Positions 12,258-26,352 of a stretch of 64,000 nt of DNA are shown here, one piece after another. Every line of letters starts with the position of its first letter. Position 1 is the first letter of the stretch. Source of the stretch: Ginglymostoma cirratum (Eukaryota); assembly GCA_024137785.1 (NCBI GenBank), contig JAHRHZ010000084.1, positions 6,736,321 through 6,800,320 on the forward strand, given 5' to 3'. The translations under genes and the position numbers were made by a program. Below the pieces are notes generated by a model that made no database searches, was not told the DNA's origin, and saw only the letters and a program-made list of their open reading frames with translations.

Positions 12258-13470
12258 AAACCTCAATATACAGAAAAGCACCCCACACTGAACAAATCCT
12301 CATCTTCCACAACAACGCCTCAACGTCCACAAACAAATCTGGATTAGGATACTTTTCAAATGGGCCATGACACACTGCAACAATCCAGAACTCCACAGGA
12401 AAGAGGAAGCGCACCTGTACAAAATCTTCACTATGAACGGATACCCCCGCAACTTCATCCACAGATGCCTATTATACTGACAATAACAGGAGGACACAGT
12501 ATGCCCTAAAACACTGGCCACATTGCCTGACAGGAACAACATACCATAACTGACAACAATTCTCCTAAAACCACGAGGAATCATGGTAGCACACAAGCCC
12601 ACAGCCCCTGTATGACAAACGCTCACAAGAATTTAAGACCCCATTCCCACAACATGCAGAACCAATGGTTTACAAAATACCATGTAACAAAATTAGGGCG
12701 GCACGGTTGCTCAGTGGTTAGCACTGCAGCCTCACAGCGCCAGGGTCTCGGGTTTGATTCCAGCCCCAGGTGACTGTCTGTGTGGAGTTTGCACATTCTC
12801 CCCGTGTCTGCGTGGGTTTGCTCCGGTTTCCTCCCACAGTCCAAAGATGTGCAGGCTAGGGAGATTAGCCATGCTAAGTTGCCCATAGTGTTCAGGGGTG
12901 TGTGGGTTAGAGGGGGATGGGTGAGGGTGGGATGTTCCAAGGGTCAGTGTGGACTTGTTGGGCCGAAGGTCCTGTTTCCACACTGTAGGGATTCTAATTC
13001 TAACTGCTCAAAATATTACATAACACAGACAGGATGGAAACTAGCTATCAGAATACATGAACATCGGCTAGCTGAAAACAACATGATGAACTTTCCTTCA
13101 TATCAGTACACTCAGACAATGAAGGTCATCGGTTTAACTTGGACAATGTAAACATAGTAGCCCAAGCCAAACATAGACACGCACGGGAATTCCTAGAGGC
13201 ATGGTTCTCAACCTGTAATGTAATCAACAAACATATAGAATTGGACCCCATATACAACTCATACTAATCAAAACTGGAAATGACACTACTCACCATAATG
13301 GACCAGACAGTACAAATTCCAAGCACTGTAGAACAACATCACTTCACCGGAGGCTTCACTGATGATGCCACCTAGCATGGTGATGAACCGTCTGAATGAA
13401 AACAAGCCAGCTCGGTGAGCAAATCAACAACATCACCCACAACTCGAGGTACAAATCTTTGCTTAAACTT
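12258..13470 (+). mobile_element. Second, inverted copy of the same Penelope fragment, interrupted by an HE1-type SINE
   Basis: Reverse-complement match to 11380-12240. YYITQTGWKLAIRIHEHRL resumes after the SINE. Confidence 0.92.
12696..13002 (+). mobile_element. HE1-like tRNA-derived SINE with CR1-derived tail
   Basis: gggcggcacggttgctcagtggttagc A-box, ggtttgattcc B-box, conserved core tgtgtggagtttgcacattctccccgtgtctgcgtggg, attcta tail. Confidence 0.92.
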
Positions 13471-13799
13471 TAAATATATATTGATTTTTCCATACTTGTG
13501 TATAATGGCTGCAGTGCATACTACCTGAGAACTCACAGCAGCAATTCTCCAAAGATTCTTCAACAAAGCCTGCAGAAAGTAGCAAGTCAAGGTTGGTCAG
13601 TCTAAAGAAATAATGTGATATCTAAATTTCTCTCAAAGTCATTTACTTTTTTGAGCTGTATATATAACAAATAAATTTCATCAACTATAAATCAAAATCC
13701 TGTAATACCCTGCAAAGCAGCATTGAGGAGATAGAATAGTGTGCAAGATCCAACCCTTATCAGATGCTTGATAAATTACTTTCCCTCTATTGTAAAGTT

Positions 13800-14830
13800 G
13801 GAAGTGGGGACATTGGCTGATTGTTCGGTGTTCACCACCATTCACAACTCCTCAGATACTGAAGCAGCCCATGGCTCAATTGCAGCAAGATTGGGGTAAT
13901 ATCTCATTTGGCTGACATTTGGCAAGTAGTATTAGTGTTAAGCAATACCTATCTCCAACAAGAAGGAATGTAATCATTGTGCTTTTACATTCAGTGGCAT
14001 TGCCATCACTTATTCCTCAATTAACAATGTCCTGGGGTTACCAATGATCAGAAACTGAACTGTACAAGCCATATAAATACCTTGACTATCAAAGCAGGAT
14101 AGAGGCAAGCAATCCTGCAGCATATTCTTCACTTCTTGACTCCCCAAATCCCGTTTATCTATTACTAGTTCAACATCAGCAGGAGTGTTCCCTCTGATTT
14201 TCTTTTGGGTGCATTAGCACCTAAGACCTGTGCACAACAGAAGATTTCAGAACCAGAATTCAATGCTGGGACCAACATGCTGAAGACAATAGCCACGTGC
14301 TAACACTGAAGCAGCTGTGCACGTGCACAGGAGGGATCATTGATCAGGAATGTAGTGGAATACTCCATACTTGCCTGGGTGAGTGCAGTTCAAACAACAC
14401 TCAAGAAGCTTGATACCATCTGGGCCAAAGCTGTTTCATCGATTGATATCAAACCCACAAACTTTCTCCGCCTCCAGTACAAAAGTTCAGTTGCAGTAGT
14501 ATGTACCACCTTCAAGATAAAGGACAGAAATCCACCAAGGCTCCATAGACAGCACTTTCCAAGTCAATGACCATTCCCATCTAGATGGATAAGGAAACAA
14601 AATACATGCGAATACCACAACCTGCAATTTCCCCTCTAAGCTACTCCACATCCTGACTGAAATTTATCCTTGTATCTTCAGTGTCCATGGGTCAAAATTC
14701 TAGAGTTTCTTCCCAAACAGCATTGAGCCCTACCTATACCAAATAGATTGATCACCACCTTTCCAAGAGTGACTAGGGATGAGCAATCAATCTTGGTCTA
14801 GCCAGCAATATCAACATCCCATAAGTGATT
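13800..14830 (+). mobile_element. Degenerate LINE 3' fragment (CR1/L2 clade)
   Basis: ORF 14340-14570 (EYSILAWVSA..TTLKKLDTI) is typical of a LINE RT C-terminus. Confidence 0.65.
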
Positions 14831-14895
14831 TTAAAAAAAACACAAATATGATTGTTTGGATGGAATTTGTTCTGCACAATGAATGTTGCAGTGAT

Positions 14896-16397
14896 TGTCA
14901 CAAAATCAGCTTGTTGGACTGCATAGAATATGAAATCCCTGATTGGGATCGTTAATCTGGTCCAATCAGGGAGCCCTGGCTGATTAATATAAGCAAAAGT
15001 GTCAGAGGTTCAGTTCACTCTGAGATCTGGCTCTGAGGGAGCTGAATCAGTATCAAGGACTCTCCATGTGTAAATAAAGAATAACTTGGTGACTGGATAC
15101 CAGCATCTGTAGAGTTATTTCAATGGTAATGAGAGAATCCTGAATAAATTCACTCACAACAGTTGTCTTCGAGTTTAGTTAAGCATTTCTGGCATCATGC
15201 CATTCCTTAGAAATCTTGATGCATTGCATCCTGCCATCAAAGACCAGGCCCAGTATGTGGAAAGAAGTCATTTGCCCAGAAAAAGAATTGCAATTAAGGC
15301 AGATGAAAAACAATGAGTAATTCTCCTGCCAGCCTGTGGACCCATTGCTTTTTCAATTACTGGGACCCTAGCATTCCCAGAGCCACCAGATGTAAAAACT
15401 TTTTCAAGCGTAACCAAGTTTAGTTAAGGAATATTACGACCCTTAGTCTCCTCAACTTCAGAGATATTATCAGTTTTACTTGGCAGTTCAAGAATCAGGG
15501 AATTCCACATCAGGATTTTTGGCCACTTTAAGACAACTTACAGAGTCATGTGATTTTGGTTAACGCTTATTATGATGCTGAGAGATTTTTTGGTATGTGG
15601 GATTAATGATGTATCCATGCAAAAGCACCTACAAGCTGACACCCAACGGACTTTAAACAGGCACTATGACAGACTTTATCATTGGAAAACATGGCAAGTG
15701 GACCATATGAGCTGCAGGGTATGCCAATGGGAGTGGACATCTTCATCAGTTTGATTAAGTTTGGGGAACACCACTTGAGTGAAGGCAAATGCATAGCCTC
15801 AGTCAGGACATATCCTGAACAGAGGGTCTCTAGGTCAGTCCAGAGCAAAATGCAAAAACATAGACAAGCCTTGGCCAAACAGCTGGAATTTTCTTCAGGA
15901 GTCAGGTCAACAAACCATTGTAGTTGCTGTCAGAATGTGGACTTGAGACAGCAAAAGAGTCCCACTAAGCCAAAGTGGAGTAAGACAACTCATAGGCTGG
16001 TACCCAGGAGAGTGCACACCCTAGAAAGTCCACCTACATCTGGTTTGGAACAGTTAAATTGCTTAGCAAGTTCGAAATCAGAACAAATCAAAGTAAATAT
16101 CTGGTTAAATGGTCACTCGGTTCTAAAGGCAGTAAATACCAGTGCAGCTGTTTCAGTGATCACAGGTCCAATGATTAACAAAATTCACCGTCCGTTCCAA
16201 TCCTCAACTTTATACAAGACCTCTGCTAGGCTGAGAATCTATACCAGGGAAATTTAACAGATATAAACAGGAGTTTAAGAGGTTCTGTTCACTCTGACAG
16301 CTGGCTCTAAGAAAGCTAGATCAGAGTCAAGGACTCTTAACGTGTCCAATAAATAGTGATGTAGTGAGAGGCTACCAGCCAGTGTGGAATTATTTCT
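14896..16397 (+). mobile_element. Internally deleted Gypsy/Ty3-type LTR retrotransposon (5' LTR 14896-15122, gag and protease relics, partial 3' LTR ~16260-16397)
   Basis: TG...CA LTR followed by PBS-like TGGTAATGAG, gag-like LRDFLVCGIND, protease-like VNTSAAVSVI (DTGA motif decayed). The LTR sequence recurs at 16260-16397. Confidence 0.85.
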
Positions 16398-17224
16398 GAT
16401 GCTACCTAACTATGTACTTGCATTCTAGAAACACAACATTAGACATGATTTGGGCAGATTCCTCTGTACTGTGCTTAATTCTGTACTGTTCTTTGGCACC
16501 TCTTTCAGATATTCCCTTGATGGCCTGTGATCTCCACCAGTTCCTTTACGGCTGTGTCTAGAGGCCCATCAGTGCAGTGCACCATCAGTGTTTCAAGTGT
16601 CGTTTGTCCTTGAGTAGACATCTGCCTCAGCACTGTGCTTAACACAATGTGATCCTGAGCTTTCTGTAGATAGACTACACATTAAGACTAAATTTTCTGC
16701 CCTGGTGGAGGTAGTTTGCTTTGGGGGTTGTATGGGTGGTGATGGTTTGCTGAAGGCCTTGATAGATCTCACCTTCCTTGTCAGAGGTGCTGGTACAGAT
16801 AGGCATGGATGCTGCAGCTTTTTTTTTGGTCCTGACTTAGGAATTGGATCTGGAACCAGCATTTTAAAGAAAAGAACGGTTGTTAGAATCAGGCCCTATC
16901 ATGTTTTTCCAAGGTTTTGTTGAGATTTTGGTGCATGATGTGCAGCTGTGACCAGCTTTTAAGAGGCTTTCTCTCGAGATGATTGTAGATACTTGATCTC
17001 CTCTTCATCAGCCACATTCCCCTTGTTCTCCTGCTAACTCTGTGGCCTGTTCCTCAAACAGGGTGAGGACCCTTACGTGAGACATTTGGACCACCCACAC
17101 AATAATCGGTACATGTTTGCTGCTGCTTGTTCATGGTCTTTTTCTGCAGAAGGTCATCAGCATTTCTACAAACAGAGTAGGAGGTGTCTTTGCTTTCCTG
17201 ATGCAGTGAGAAGTATAGATAAAT

Positions 17225-17670
17225 TCAATGGATGAAAGGCTGGTTTGCATGATGGACTGGGCTATGTTCACAACTCTCCCTAGTTTCTTTCAGTCTTGGG
17301 GAAAGCAGTTGCCATACTAAGCTGTGATGTATCCAGATAAGATGCTTTCTATGATGCATCTGTAAGAATTTGTAAGTCTTAATGGACATGCCAAATTTCC
17401 ATAGTGTCCTGAGGACATAGAGGCATTGCTGTGCTTTCTTGACCATGGTATCAACATGGTGGACCAGGTCATATTGTTGATCATCAATCCCAAACATGAT
17501 TGTCTCAAACATCTCCACCTCAGCACTGTTGATACAGACATGGGTGTGCCCTCCAATCTACTTCCTGAAGTCAAAGACCAGCTCCTTCATTTTGCTGATG
17601 TTGGTGGTAAGGTTGTTGTCTTTACATCGTGCCATTAAGCACTCTCTCTCCTTCTTGTATTCTGTCTCTG
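17225..17670 (-). mobile_element. Rex1/Babar-type LINE 3' fragment
   Basis: VKKAQQCLYVLRTL and YRCIIESILSGYITA motifs. Confidence 0.8.
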
Positions 17671-18829
17671 CTGGGGAAGCACATGGTTAGAAGGAGCACA
17701 AAATGGCTGCCCATTGGCATAAAAATGGCTGCAATAACAGAATTAGCTTGCCTGGTCTAGCATTAGAGTGAGGTCATAAGTTAAGCACAAAGGTTACTTT
17801 GAGAAGGAGGGAACCCAAGGTAACAGGGTCTATTTTGAATAAAGAATCATACAAGTGAATATACAGAGAGTTCCGCATATGCAACAACTGGGTATCTCTA
17901 AGAATTAGTTCAGAAATAGACAGCACAATGTTGTAAATAAGCAAGAATTGGAGAAAAGCATGACCCCACAATAACAGATAAATGATAAATTGAAAGAATG
18001 ACAATGTTATGTCCTGCAAAAAACATAGGAGCTTAGTCAAGTTCATTGTACTGAGAAAGGTGATTGAGTTTAATTTTTATTAATGGAATAAAAGTTGTTT
18101 TATTAGGTAAACAAGTTAGTGTACAATATTCAGAGTCAGTAAATTTCATCTTAAAAGACAGCATATGATTAGAATGAGTTACAGTGAGGCTGCAAGAAAG
18201 AATGATAGTGTTCACCTGACTTTCCAAGGGCAGCTATGAGAACTGCTCAAAACTCATTTGCTAAATAATTCTAACAGCATGTGTAACCATCCAACTTTAT
18301 ATATAACTAACTTCATCATAGAAGTAATATTATGAATATCATAGCAATTAGTATGAATTAATATCCTTTGGTATTTCCTGTGATGAGAATAGTAGGAAAT
18401 ATAAGATGAGCAACAGATTTTGATAAAGACAGGAATTAATATAATGAATAACAGAATTTGACCATTCCTTAAGGATATGCAAGTCTGGGAAATGTCTGGA
18501 AAAGAATGTCTGGAAAGTGAATTTATGGGGTGACTTGTATGATCTGAAGGTGTGATGATAACAATGTCTGGTAACCATCATGAGATCATGGGGAATCATG
18601 TATAGATTAAGGGGGATGGAACAATGACAATTTTGCATGTAATTACTAAACCACAAAACGTAAAATAATGTTGTATCCCACTGGGGAAATCAGAGCAATA
18701 TGAACATCTTCTCCAACTTGAGCCATCATTTAGAGTGATCTCTGGCCTCTCCCACATGTGGTAGAGAACTTGAATAAAGATCAATTGTACTACTGAACAC
18801 AGAACTTGAGGCTGCTTTTTGACACTTCT

Positions 18830-19210
18830 CCTCAACAATCTTGTTGCTGTTTGAGATCCAACTTACAATGGTGGTGTCATCAATAAACTTATAGTTCAGT
18901 TGGTGTGGAATTTGGCCACACAGTCGTGTGTGTACAGGGATCATAGTAGGGGGCACTGGTGTTGAGGATTATCATGGATGAGATGTTGTCGCCTATCAAA
19001 TATACTGTGGTCAGTTGGTCAGGAAGTCAAGAATACAGTTGCAGAGTGGGGAACAGAGACCTAAGTCCCTGAGTTTGGAGATAATTTTGTTTGGAATTAT
19101 GGTGTTGAAGGCAGAACTGTAGTCAATAAGTAGGAGTCTGACATAGGTATCCTCGTTGTCCAGAAGTTCCAGGAATGAGTGCATGGCCAGGTAGATGGTT
19201 GATACCATGA
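18830..19210 (-). mobile_element. Rex1/Babar-type LINE RT fragment
   Basis: [18 protein letters not shown] and YKFIDDTT motifs. Confidence 0.85.
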
Positions 19211-19299
19211 GACTTTTGTTCTGTGTTTGAAAGAGAGAGCACAAATAAGGTCACAGAATTTTTAAGGTATCACCCAGTTAGTTAGAGGGCAGAATTGAA

Positions 19300-19715
19300 G
19301 GAAAGCAGCATGAGTAAGAAAATGGTGCTGAGAAAATTAATGGAGTTAAAGGCTGACAAATTACCATGGTCTGATCATTTACATCCTAGCATATAAAGGA
19401 AAATTGCCTTGGAAATATTGAATGTATTGGTAGTCATCTTCCAAAAATCTACAAATGTGGAGCAATTCCAAATTGAAGGTAACAAATGTAACCCCATTAT
19501 TTAAAGGAGGAAATGAAAAAGAAACAGTTTTACAGACCCATTATCTTAACATCAGTAGTGGAGAAAATCCTAAAGCTTATTAGAAAAGATGTGATAGCAG
19601 AACATTTGGAATGTATTAATTGGATTGGCAAAAGTCAGCATAAGTTTATGAAAGGCAAATCATGCTAAACAAATTTTGAGGATGTAACCTATAAAATAGA
19701 TAAAGGATCAGTGGT
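19300..19715 (+). mobile_element. Degenerate CR1 fragment
   Basis: aaagtcagcataagtttatgaaaggcaaatcatg-type CR1 RT segment. Confidence 0.7.
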
Positions 19716-20819
19716 TGATACTGATGGTAAATTTGGTAGAAATGAGGAAGGATTGAATACTTTGGACCTGTTACATGGAGTTTTTGTATTGCAGTTTCTT
19801 TATGAAATTGCTTCCTGTTTGAATCAGGAGTCTGACTTTCTGTGTGGAGGACATCATGATTTTTAAGAATGTGATCTTAGAATTTTTGTGTGCATCCTTG
19901 AATTTTCCGTGTGATCAGTGTTTATTTTATTCCATTTGACAGAGGAAGTTTGTCTCCAGCACCAAATGGTTGGACATTTTGTTTAAAGTTGACGAAACTA
20001 TGTTTTTATGATTATAGTGAGGGAAGGTGATGCTAAGGAAAGGAAAGGGCATGCATTTTATTTCTGTTGTGTCGCAACAAAGTGACCTCAATATTTGACC
20101 ATTTGCTTAAAGCTGAGTAGCATGAGATTATTTTCCTTCTTTCACTAAGATAAATATCTCCAAACAATAGGTATGAACAAGTCAGAAGGCCTCTGAAGCA
20201 GAACACAAACCACATAAGTTGAAACTGCAGCTGCTTCCTTTTTTTGACAAATGACCGCATTTTACAACAGTAAAGGGAAGTATATTATGACATTTAACTT
20301 GTTTGTCACTAGAAAATAAATACAAAAGGAAAATTTATTCGGGTAACCTCTACTTGAAACCTTATTTTTTATCATAAACCTTTCAAGTACCAACTGCTGT
20401 GCAGTTTCCTTATTATTCATTCTTGGGAGGTAGACTTCTATAGTAAGGCCAGAATGTCTTCCACAATGATCATCTCCCTGAGAATGTGATTATGGGCTTT
20501 TTCAAATTACTAGAATTCTTTGTAACAGTTTGATATGACTGAATATGTGCCAGGTTATTTTAGATTGCTGTTAAGAGTCAACCACAATATTAGAGAATTG
20601 GACTCAGTTGAGATTAGCTGAGATAAAGACATTTTGACTTGTACAACAATCCAACAGCTTCATTGTCTCTATCACTCACTCAGATTTCATTCACTTACTC
20701 CTCCCATTGTTTAGCTTATAAATATCTATGAAATCTAAACTATGTGGAATAAAAAGGTCTTAAGTTGAATACTTGGTGTTACAATATCCAAAATTATCTC
20801 AAAAAAAGTAGGTTCCATA

Positions 20820-20918
20820 TCTGAGATAACAAGGCGTAGAGCTGGATGAACACAGCAGGCCAAGCAGCATCAAAGGAGCAGGAAAGCTGACGTTTTGGGC
20901 CTAGACCCTTCTTCAGAA
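20820..20918 (-). repeat. Penelope-terminus-derived short repeat
   Basis: gctggatgaacacagcaggccaagcagcatc...cctagacccttcttcaga. Confidence 0.75.
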
Positions 20919-23397
20919 TTTCTCAGAAGAGAAGTATTCACTGTTTTCTATACTTAATGTTATACACAGACCATTTTGCTGGTTTTTGAGTGGTAACTGG
21001 CTTTCACATTTGTCTTATCCAGCATAACATCTTCAACATGAAATCTGTCCCATGTTTTAGCAGGGAAAGTAACAACACAGCGTTTCAGCAAATTACATTT
21101 CACAATAAGGTCATGATGCAGCAGAAGAAATGGGTTTGGTTGGACTAATTGGGCTTTTCTGTAGACAGAAAGCACACATTCAATGGGACAAACTGGCTCC
21201 ATTTGTGACACATATGAGATATGACAAAGTTTGTGGAAGGGTGAAGCAACTTGGTTCAGCAATTTCTGGATTTCCATGTTTAGCATGTGTATGGGCCAGA
21301 AACTGTTGTTTAATTTGCCCCATAATAGCAATCACTTCTGTTCACTTCATGGTTAATCTGCATATAAAACTAAGACCGGCATCTATGGTAAATTTGTAAT
21401 ACATAAAAATTGGTTAACAAACATGTGGAGAATGTAGTCCAGTTTGCCATAGAGAAAGGAAGGCATAAATGCCAACTGGAATGACTGTCAATGGCAAATG
21501 GTAATGATACATCTGACAAAGCTGTACCTTGCTTTGTCAGGGCCAGGGTTATTCTTCAAGCAATTTTTCTGCATTTCAAAGAAACTGAAATCCACTTGTA
21601 GATATCAGCCTCTGATTTTTATTCAATTCACCCCGCTTCAGTATCATGACAGTAAAATCCGATTCTGTGCAAGTGAAGTCACATTCCACATAGTATAATT
21701 ATAGCTTAGTTTGCAGAATCAATGTTTGAGTTATCTTCTCTTTTTATTTTAGATGCAGAAAACTATCTTGACAATGCTGACACTTTAATACTCCATTTTG
21801 GTTTATTTTGACCCTGTATGAACTTGGATCTAAAAATGAACATAACTGTGAACACAGTACAAAATATCTGGTTCCTTTTTTTTGGTTTTTCAGTTGTTTT
21901 TCTGCATCCATCAACAAGATTGGGAGTATACATTGGGTATGCTACACTACATCGAATGTATACTTTGATGATTTAAGTTAGATTGATAGCTTTGAAGCAG
22001 AAGATCTATTCATATTATGTTCAGTTTAAGCCAGAGTATAACAAATGTCTCCATTAAAATAATAGGCAAAGTGTTTTTGCACACTCTTCTAGTTTAGAGA
22101 CACATTTTAATGAGTTTATATTGCTCAATCTTAGCAGCAGAGTGGCAGGAAACATTAGTGTGATACCTGACCTACAAATGTTCAATTGCACAATCTCTCA
22201 TGTAAATTATTGCAATTTCGCAACCTCTCATTCTACCAAATTCAGATAATAACAGTGAAAGAATTCAAGTGGTTTCATTTTTTTGCACCACAACCATGTT
22301 TCAGCCTATCCAACATGCCAAAATATTTTCCATTCAGTCATAACATTTACGCGGAAAGAAGGTCAGAATTAATCATGATGGCACTCATGATGGAGGAGCC
22401 AGTTGAATTGACTGCTAGCATTGTTCAAGAACAATGCCAACCCTGCTAAGTTAATACAGTGTACAGAATTCAAATGATTTTTTTTTCAGTTACTATACAT
22501 TACACAACATTTAACTGCCCTAGTCATTCACACTATGTTGAATTTCAGTTTTTTTTTGTGCTCAATAGAGCAATTCTTTTACCTTATTAGTACCATGTGC
22601 ACAGAATTCCAGTACCCATTCATATCGCTGTCCAGAATTCTCTACTCTTTATTTTCAGTTTGCAGGATGCAGTGGACAATTTTTATCAAATTTGGCTATT
22701 AATTTCTGTCACCAAATATACACGTTTTATTGCATTCTAAAACTTCATGGTGCAATTGCTTCTATTGTATGTTAAAACATATTATACCATTATGCTAACT
22801 TAAAAATTGCAATCATTGTCAGGGATAACATACTAAGTAGTATTTATAAAAAGAGCACAGACAGAATAACATTTTACAATCTGTTCACCTTAGCAGAGGA
22901 GTCAACATGCAGACTTTTGGAAATAAAGCTGGCAGAAAAGGATATTGGTAATCTGAGATTCACTATCTTAAAGATGTTTGTAACAGCAAATTACACACTG
23001 GGCAAGTATTTGCATGCCTGTTTGACAAACTACAACCTGCAAGACGAGGAAGCAGATGCAGGAAGGGGTGATGAGGCTGAGTAGCTTCTTGTTGGTTGGC
23101 ACAGTCAAGAGAGTTCAAACGTTCCCCTTCTGTCTCACAAATTTTCTCTGATGTTACGTATATTATTCTTATATTCTGGTGCATGTATCATTAGTACATT
23201 ATTTATACAGCTATCTTGTACCAACTATAACTTGTTATAATCAATTAGATTTCAAATACATAACTTTGTCCAATAAAATTATGGTAATTGAACAAAAAAT
23301 AATGAAAATATAATCAACTTTGTTTCAAAAATGTGTCAGTGATGAAATATGGTATAAGAATTCACAAATAAAAACAAAGTGCTGGAGAAATTCAGCA

Positions 23398-26352
23398 GGG
23401 GGGGTGGGAACCTGAATTGTAGCTCCAGTGAACAGGAGGCTGAGAGTAGTGAGGTCATGAATAAGGTTTCAAGGTTGCAGGAGTGTGCCGGCAGGCAGGA
23501 AAATGGTTTGAAGTGTGTCTACTTCAACACCAGGAGCATCCAGAATAAGATGGGTGAACTTGCAGCATGGTTTGGTACCTGGGACTTTGATGTTGTGGCC
23601 ATTTCGGAGACATGGATAGAGCAGGGACAGGAATGGTTGTTGCAGGTTCCGGGGTTTAGATGTTTCAGTAAGATCAGGGAAGGTGGTAGAAGAGGGGGAG
23701 GTGCGGCATTGTTAGTCAAGGACAGTATTACGGTGGCAGAAAGGACTTTTCTGATGAGGACTTGTTGACTGAGGTAGTATGGGCTGAGGTCAGAAACAGG
23801 AAAGGAGAGGTAACCCTGTTGGGAGATTTCTACAGGCCTCCGAAAAGCTCCAGAGATGTAGAGGAAAGGATTGCAAAGATGATTCTGGATAGGAGCAAAG
23901 GTAACAGGGTATTTGTTATGGGGGACATTAACTTTCCTAATATTGACTGGAAACGCTATAGTTTGACTACTTTAGATGGGTCAGTTTTTGTCCAATGTGT
24001 GCAGGAGGGTTTCCTTACACAGTATGTAGATAGGCCAACAAGAGGCGAGGCAACATTGGATTTGGTACGAGGTAATGAACCAGGCCAGGTATTAGAATTG
24101 GAGGTAGGTGAACACTTCAGAGATACTGACCACAATTCGGTTAAATTTACTTTAGCAATGGAAAGGAATAGGTATACACCGCAGGGCAAGAGTTATAGCT
24201 GGGGGAAAGGCAATTATGAGGCGATTAGGAAAAGTTCAGGATGCATAGGATAGGGAAGGAAAGTGCAGGGGCTGGGCACAATTGAAATGTGGAGCTTGTT
24301 CAAGGAACAGCTACTGCATGTCCTTGATAAGTATGTACCTGTCAGGCAGGGAGGAAGTGGTCGAGCAAGGGAACTGTGGTTTACTAAAGAAGTCGAATCT
24401 CTTGTCAAGAGGAACAAGGAGGCTTATGTAAAGATGAGGCGTGAAGGCTCAGTTAGGGCACTTGAGAGTTACAAGTCAGCCAGGAAGGACCTAAAGAAAG
24501 AGCTAAGAAGAGCCAGGAGGGGACATGAGAAGTCTTTGGCAGGTAGGATCAAGGAAAACCCTAAAGCTTTCTATAGGTACGTCAGGAATAAAAAAATGAC
24601 TAGAGTAAGATTAGGGCCAATCAAGGACAGTGGTGGGAAATTGTGCATGGAGTCTGAAGAGATAGGAGAGATGTTAAATGAATATCTTTCATCAGTATTC
24701 ACAAAGGAAAAAGACAATGTTGTCGAGGAGAGTACTGAGATTCAGGCTATTAGACTAGATGGGATTGAGGTTCATAAGGAGGAGATGTTAGCAATTCCGG
24801 AAAGTGTGAAAATAGATACGTCCCCTGGGCTGGATGGGATTTATCCTTGGATTCTCTGGAAAGCCAGGGATGAGATTGCAGAGCCTTTGGCTTTGATCAT
24901 TATGTCGTCATTGTCGACAGGAATAGTGCCAGAAGACTGGAGGATACCAAATGTTGTCCCCTTGTTCAAGAAGGGGAGTAGAGCCAACCCTGGTAATTAT
25001 AGACCAGTGAGCCTTACTTCGGTTGTGGGTAAAGTGTTGGAAAGGATTGGATAGGATTTATAATAAACTAGAAAGGAATAATTTGATTAGGGATAGTCAA
25101 CACGGTTTTGTGAAAGGTAGGTCGTGCCTCACAAACCTTATTGAGTTCTCTGAGAAGGTGACCAAACAGGTGGATGAGGGTAAAGCAGTTGATGTGGTGT
25201 GTATGGATTTCAGTAAAGCATTTGATAAGGTTCCCCATAGTAGGCTATTGCAGAAAATACGGAGGCATGGGATTGAGGGTGATTGAGAGGTTTGGATCAG
25301 AGATTGGCTAGCTGTAAGAAGACATAGGGTGGTGATTGATGGGAAATGTTCATCCTGGAGTTCAGTTACTAGTGGTGTACCACAAGGATCTGTTTTGGGG
25401 CCACTGCTGTTCGTCATTTTTATAAATGACCTGGATGAGGGCATAGAAGGATGGGTTAGTAAATTTGTGGATGACACTAAAGTCGATGGAGTTGTGGATA
25501 GTGCAGAAGGATGTTTCAGGTTACAGAGGGACATAGATAAGCTGCAGAGCTGGGCTGAGAGGTGGCGAATGGATTTTAATGCAGAAAAGTGTGAGGTAAT
25601 TCACTTTGGAAGGAGTAGCAGGAATACAGAGTACAGGGCTAATGGTAAGATTCTTGGTAGTGTGGATGAGCAGAGAGATCTCAGTGTCCATGTGCATAGA
25701 TCCCTGAAAGTTGACACCCAAGTTGATAAGGTTGTTAGGAAGGCATATGGTGTGTTAGGTTTTATTGGTAGAGGGATTGAATTTCAGAGCCATGAGGTCA
25801 TGTTGCAGCTATACAAAACTCTAGTGTGGCCGCACTTGGAGTATTGCGTACATTTCTGGTCACTGCATTATACGAAGGATGTGGAAAGGTGCAGAGGAGA
25901 TTTACCAGGATGTTGCCTGGTATGAAGGGAAGGTCTTATGAGGAAAGGAAAGGGACTTGAGGCTGTTTTCATTAGAGAGAAGAAGGTTAAGAGATGACTT
26001 AATAGAGACATACAAGATGATCAGAGGGTTAGATAGGGTGGACAGTGAGAGCCTTTTTCCTCGGATGGTGATGGCTAGCACAAGGGGACATAGCTTTAAA
26101 TTGAAGGGTGATAGATATAGGACAGATGTCAGAGGTAGGTTCTTTACTCAGAGAGTAGTAAAGACGTGGAATGTCCTGCCTGCAACAGTAGTAGACTTGC
26201 CAATTTTAAAGACATTCAAATGGTCATTGGATAAACATATGGATGATAATGGAATAGTGTCGGTTAGATGGGCTTCAGATTGGTTTCACAGGTCGGCGCA
26301 ACATCGAGGGCCAAAGGGCCTGTACTGCGCTGTAATGTTCTATGTTCTACGA
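23398..26352 (+). mobile_element. Young near-full ORF2 CR1 (HER1-like) LINE, AP endonuclease plus RT, with stops and frameshifts
   Basis: ORFs with AISETW, MGDINFP, TDHN, NYRPVSLTS, DFSKAFDKVPH, GVPQGSVLGP and KFVDDT; (tctatgt) tail. Confidence 0.97.

Noticed and set aside
12696-12770. tRNA gene
   Set aside because: The A/B boxes belong to the head of an HE1-type SINE and continue into SINE core and tail sequence.
20960-21399. Overlapping 123-aa and 89-aa ORFs as a candidate missing V exon of the pseudogene
   Set aside because: No Cys/Trp/DxGxYxC pattern in either translation.
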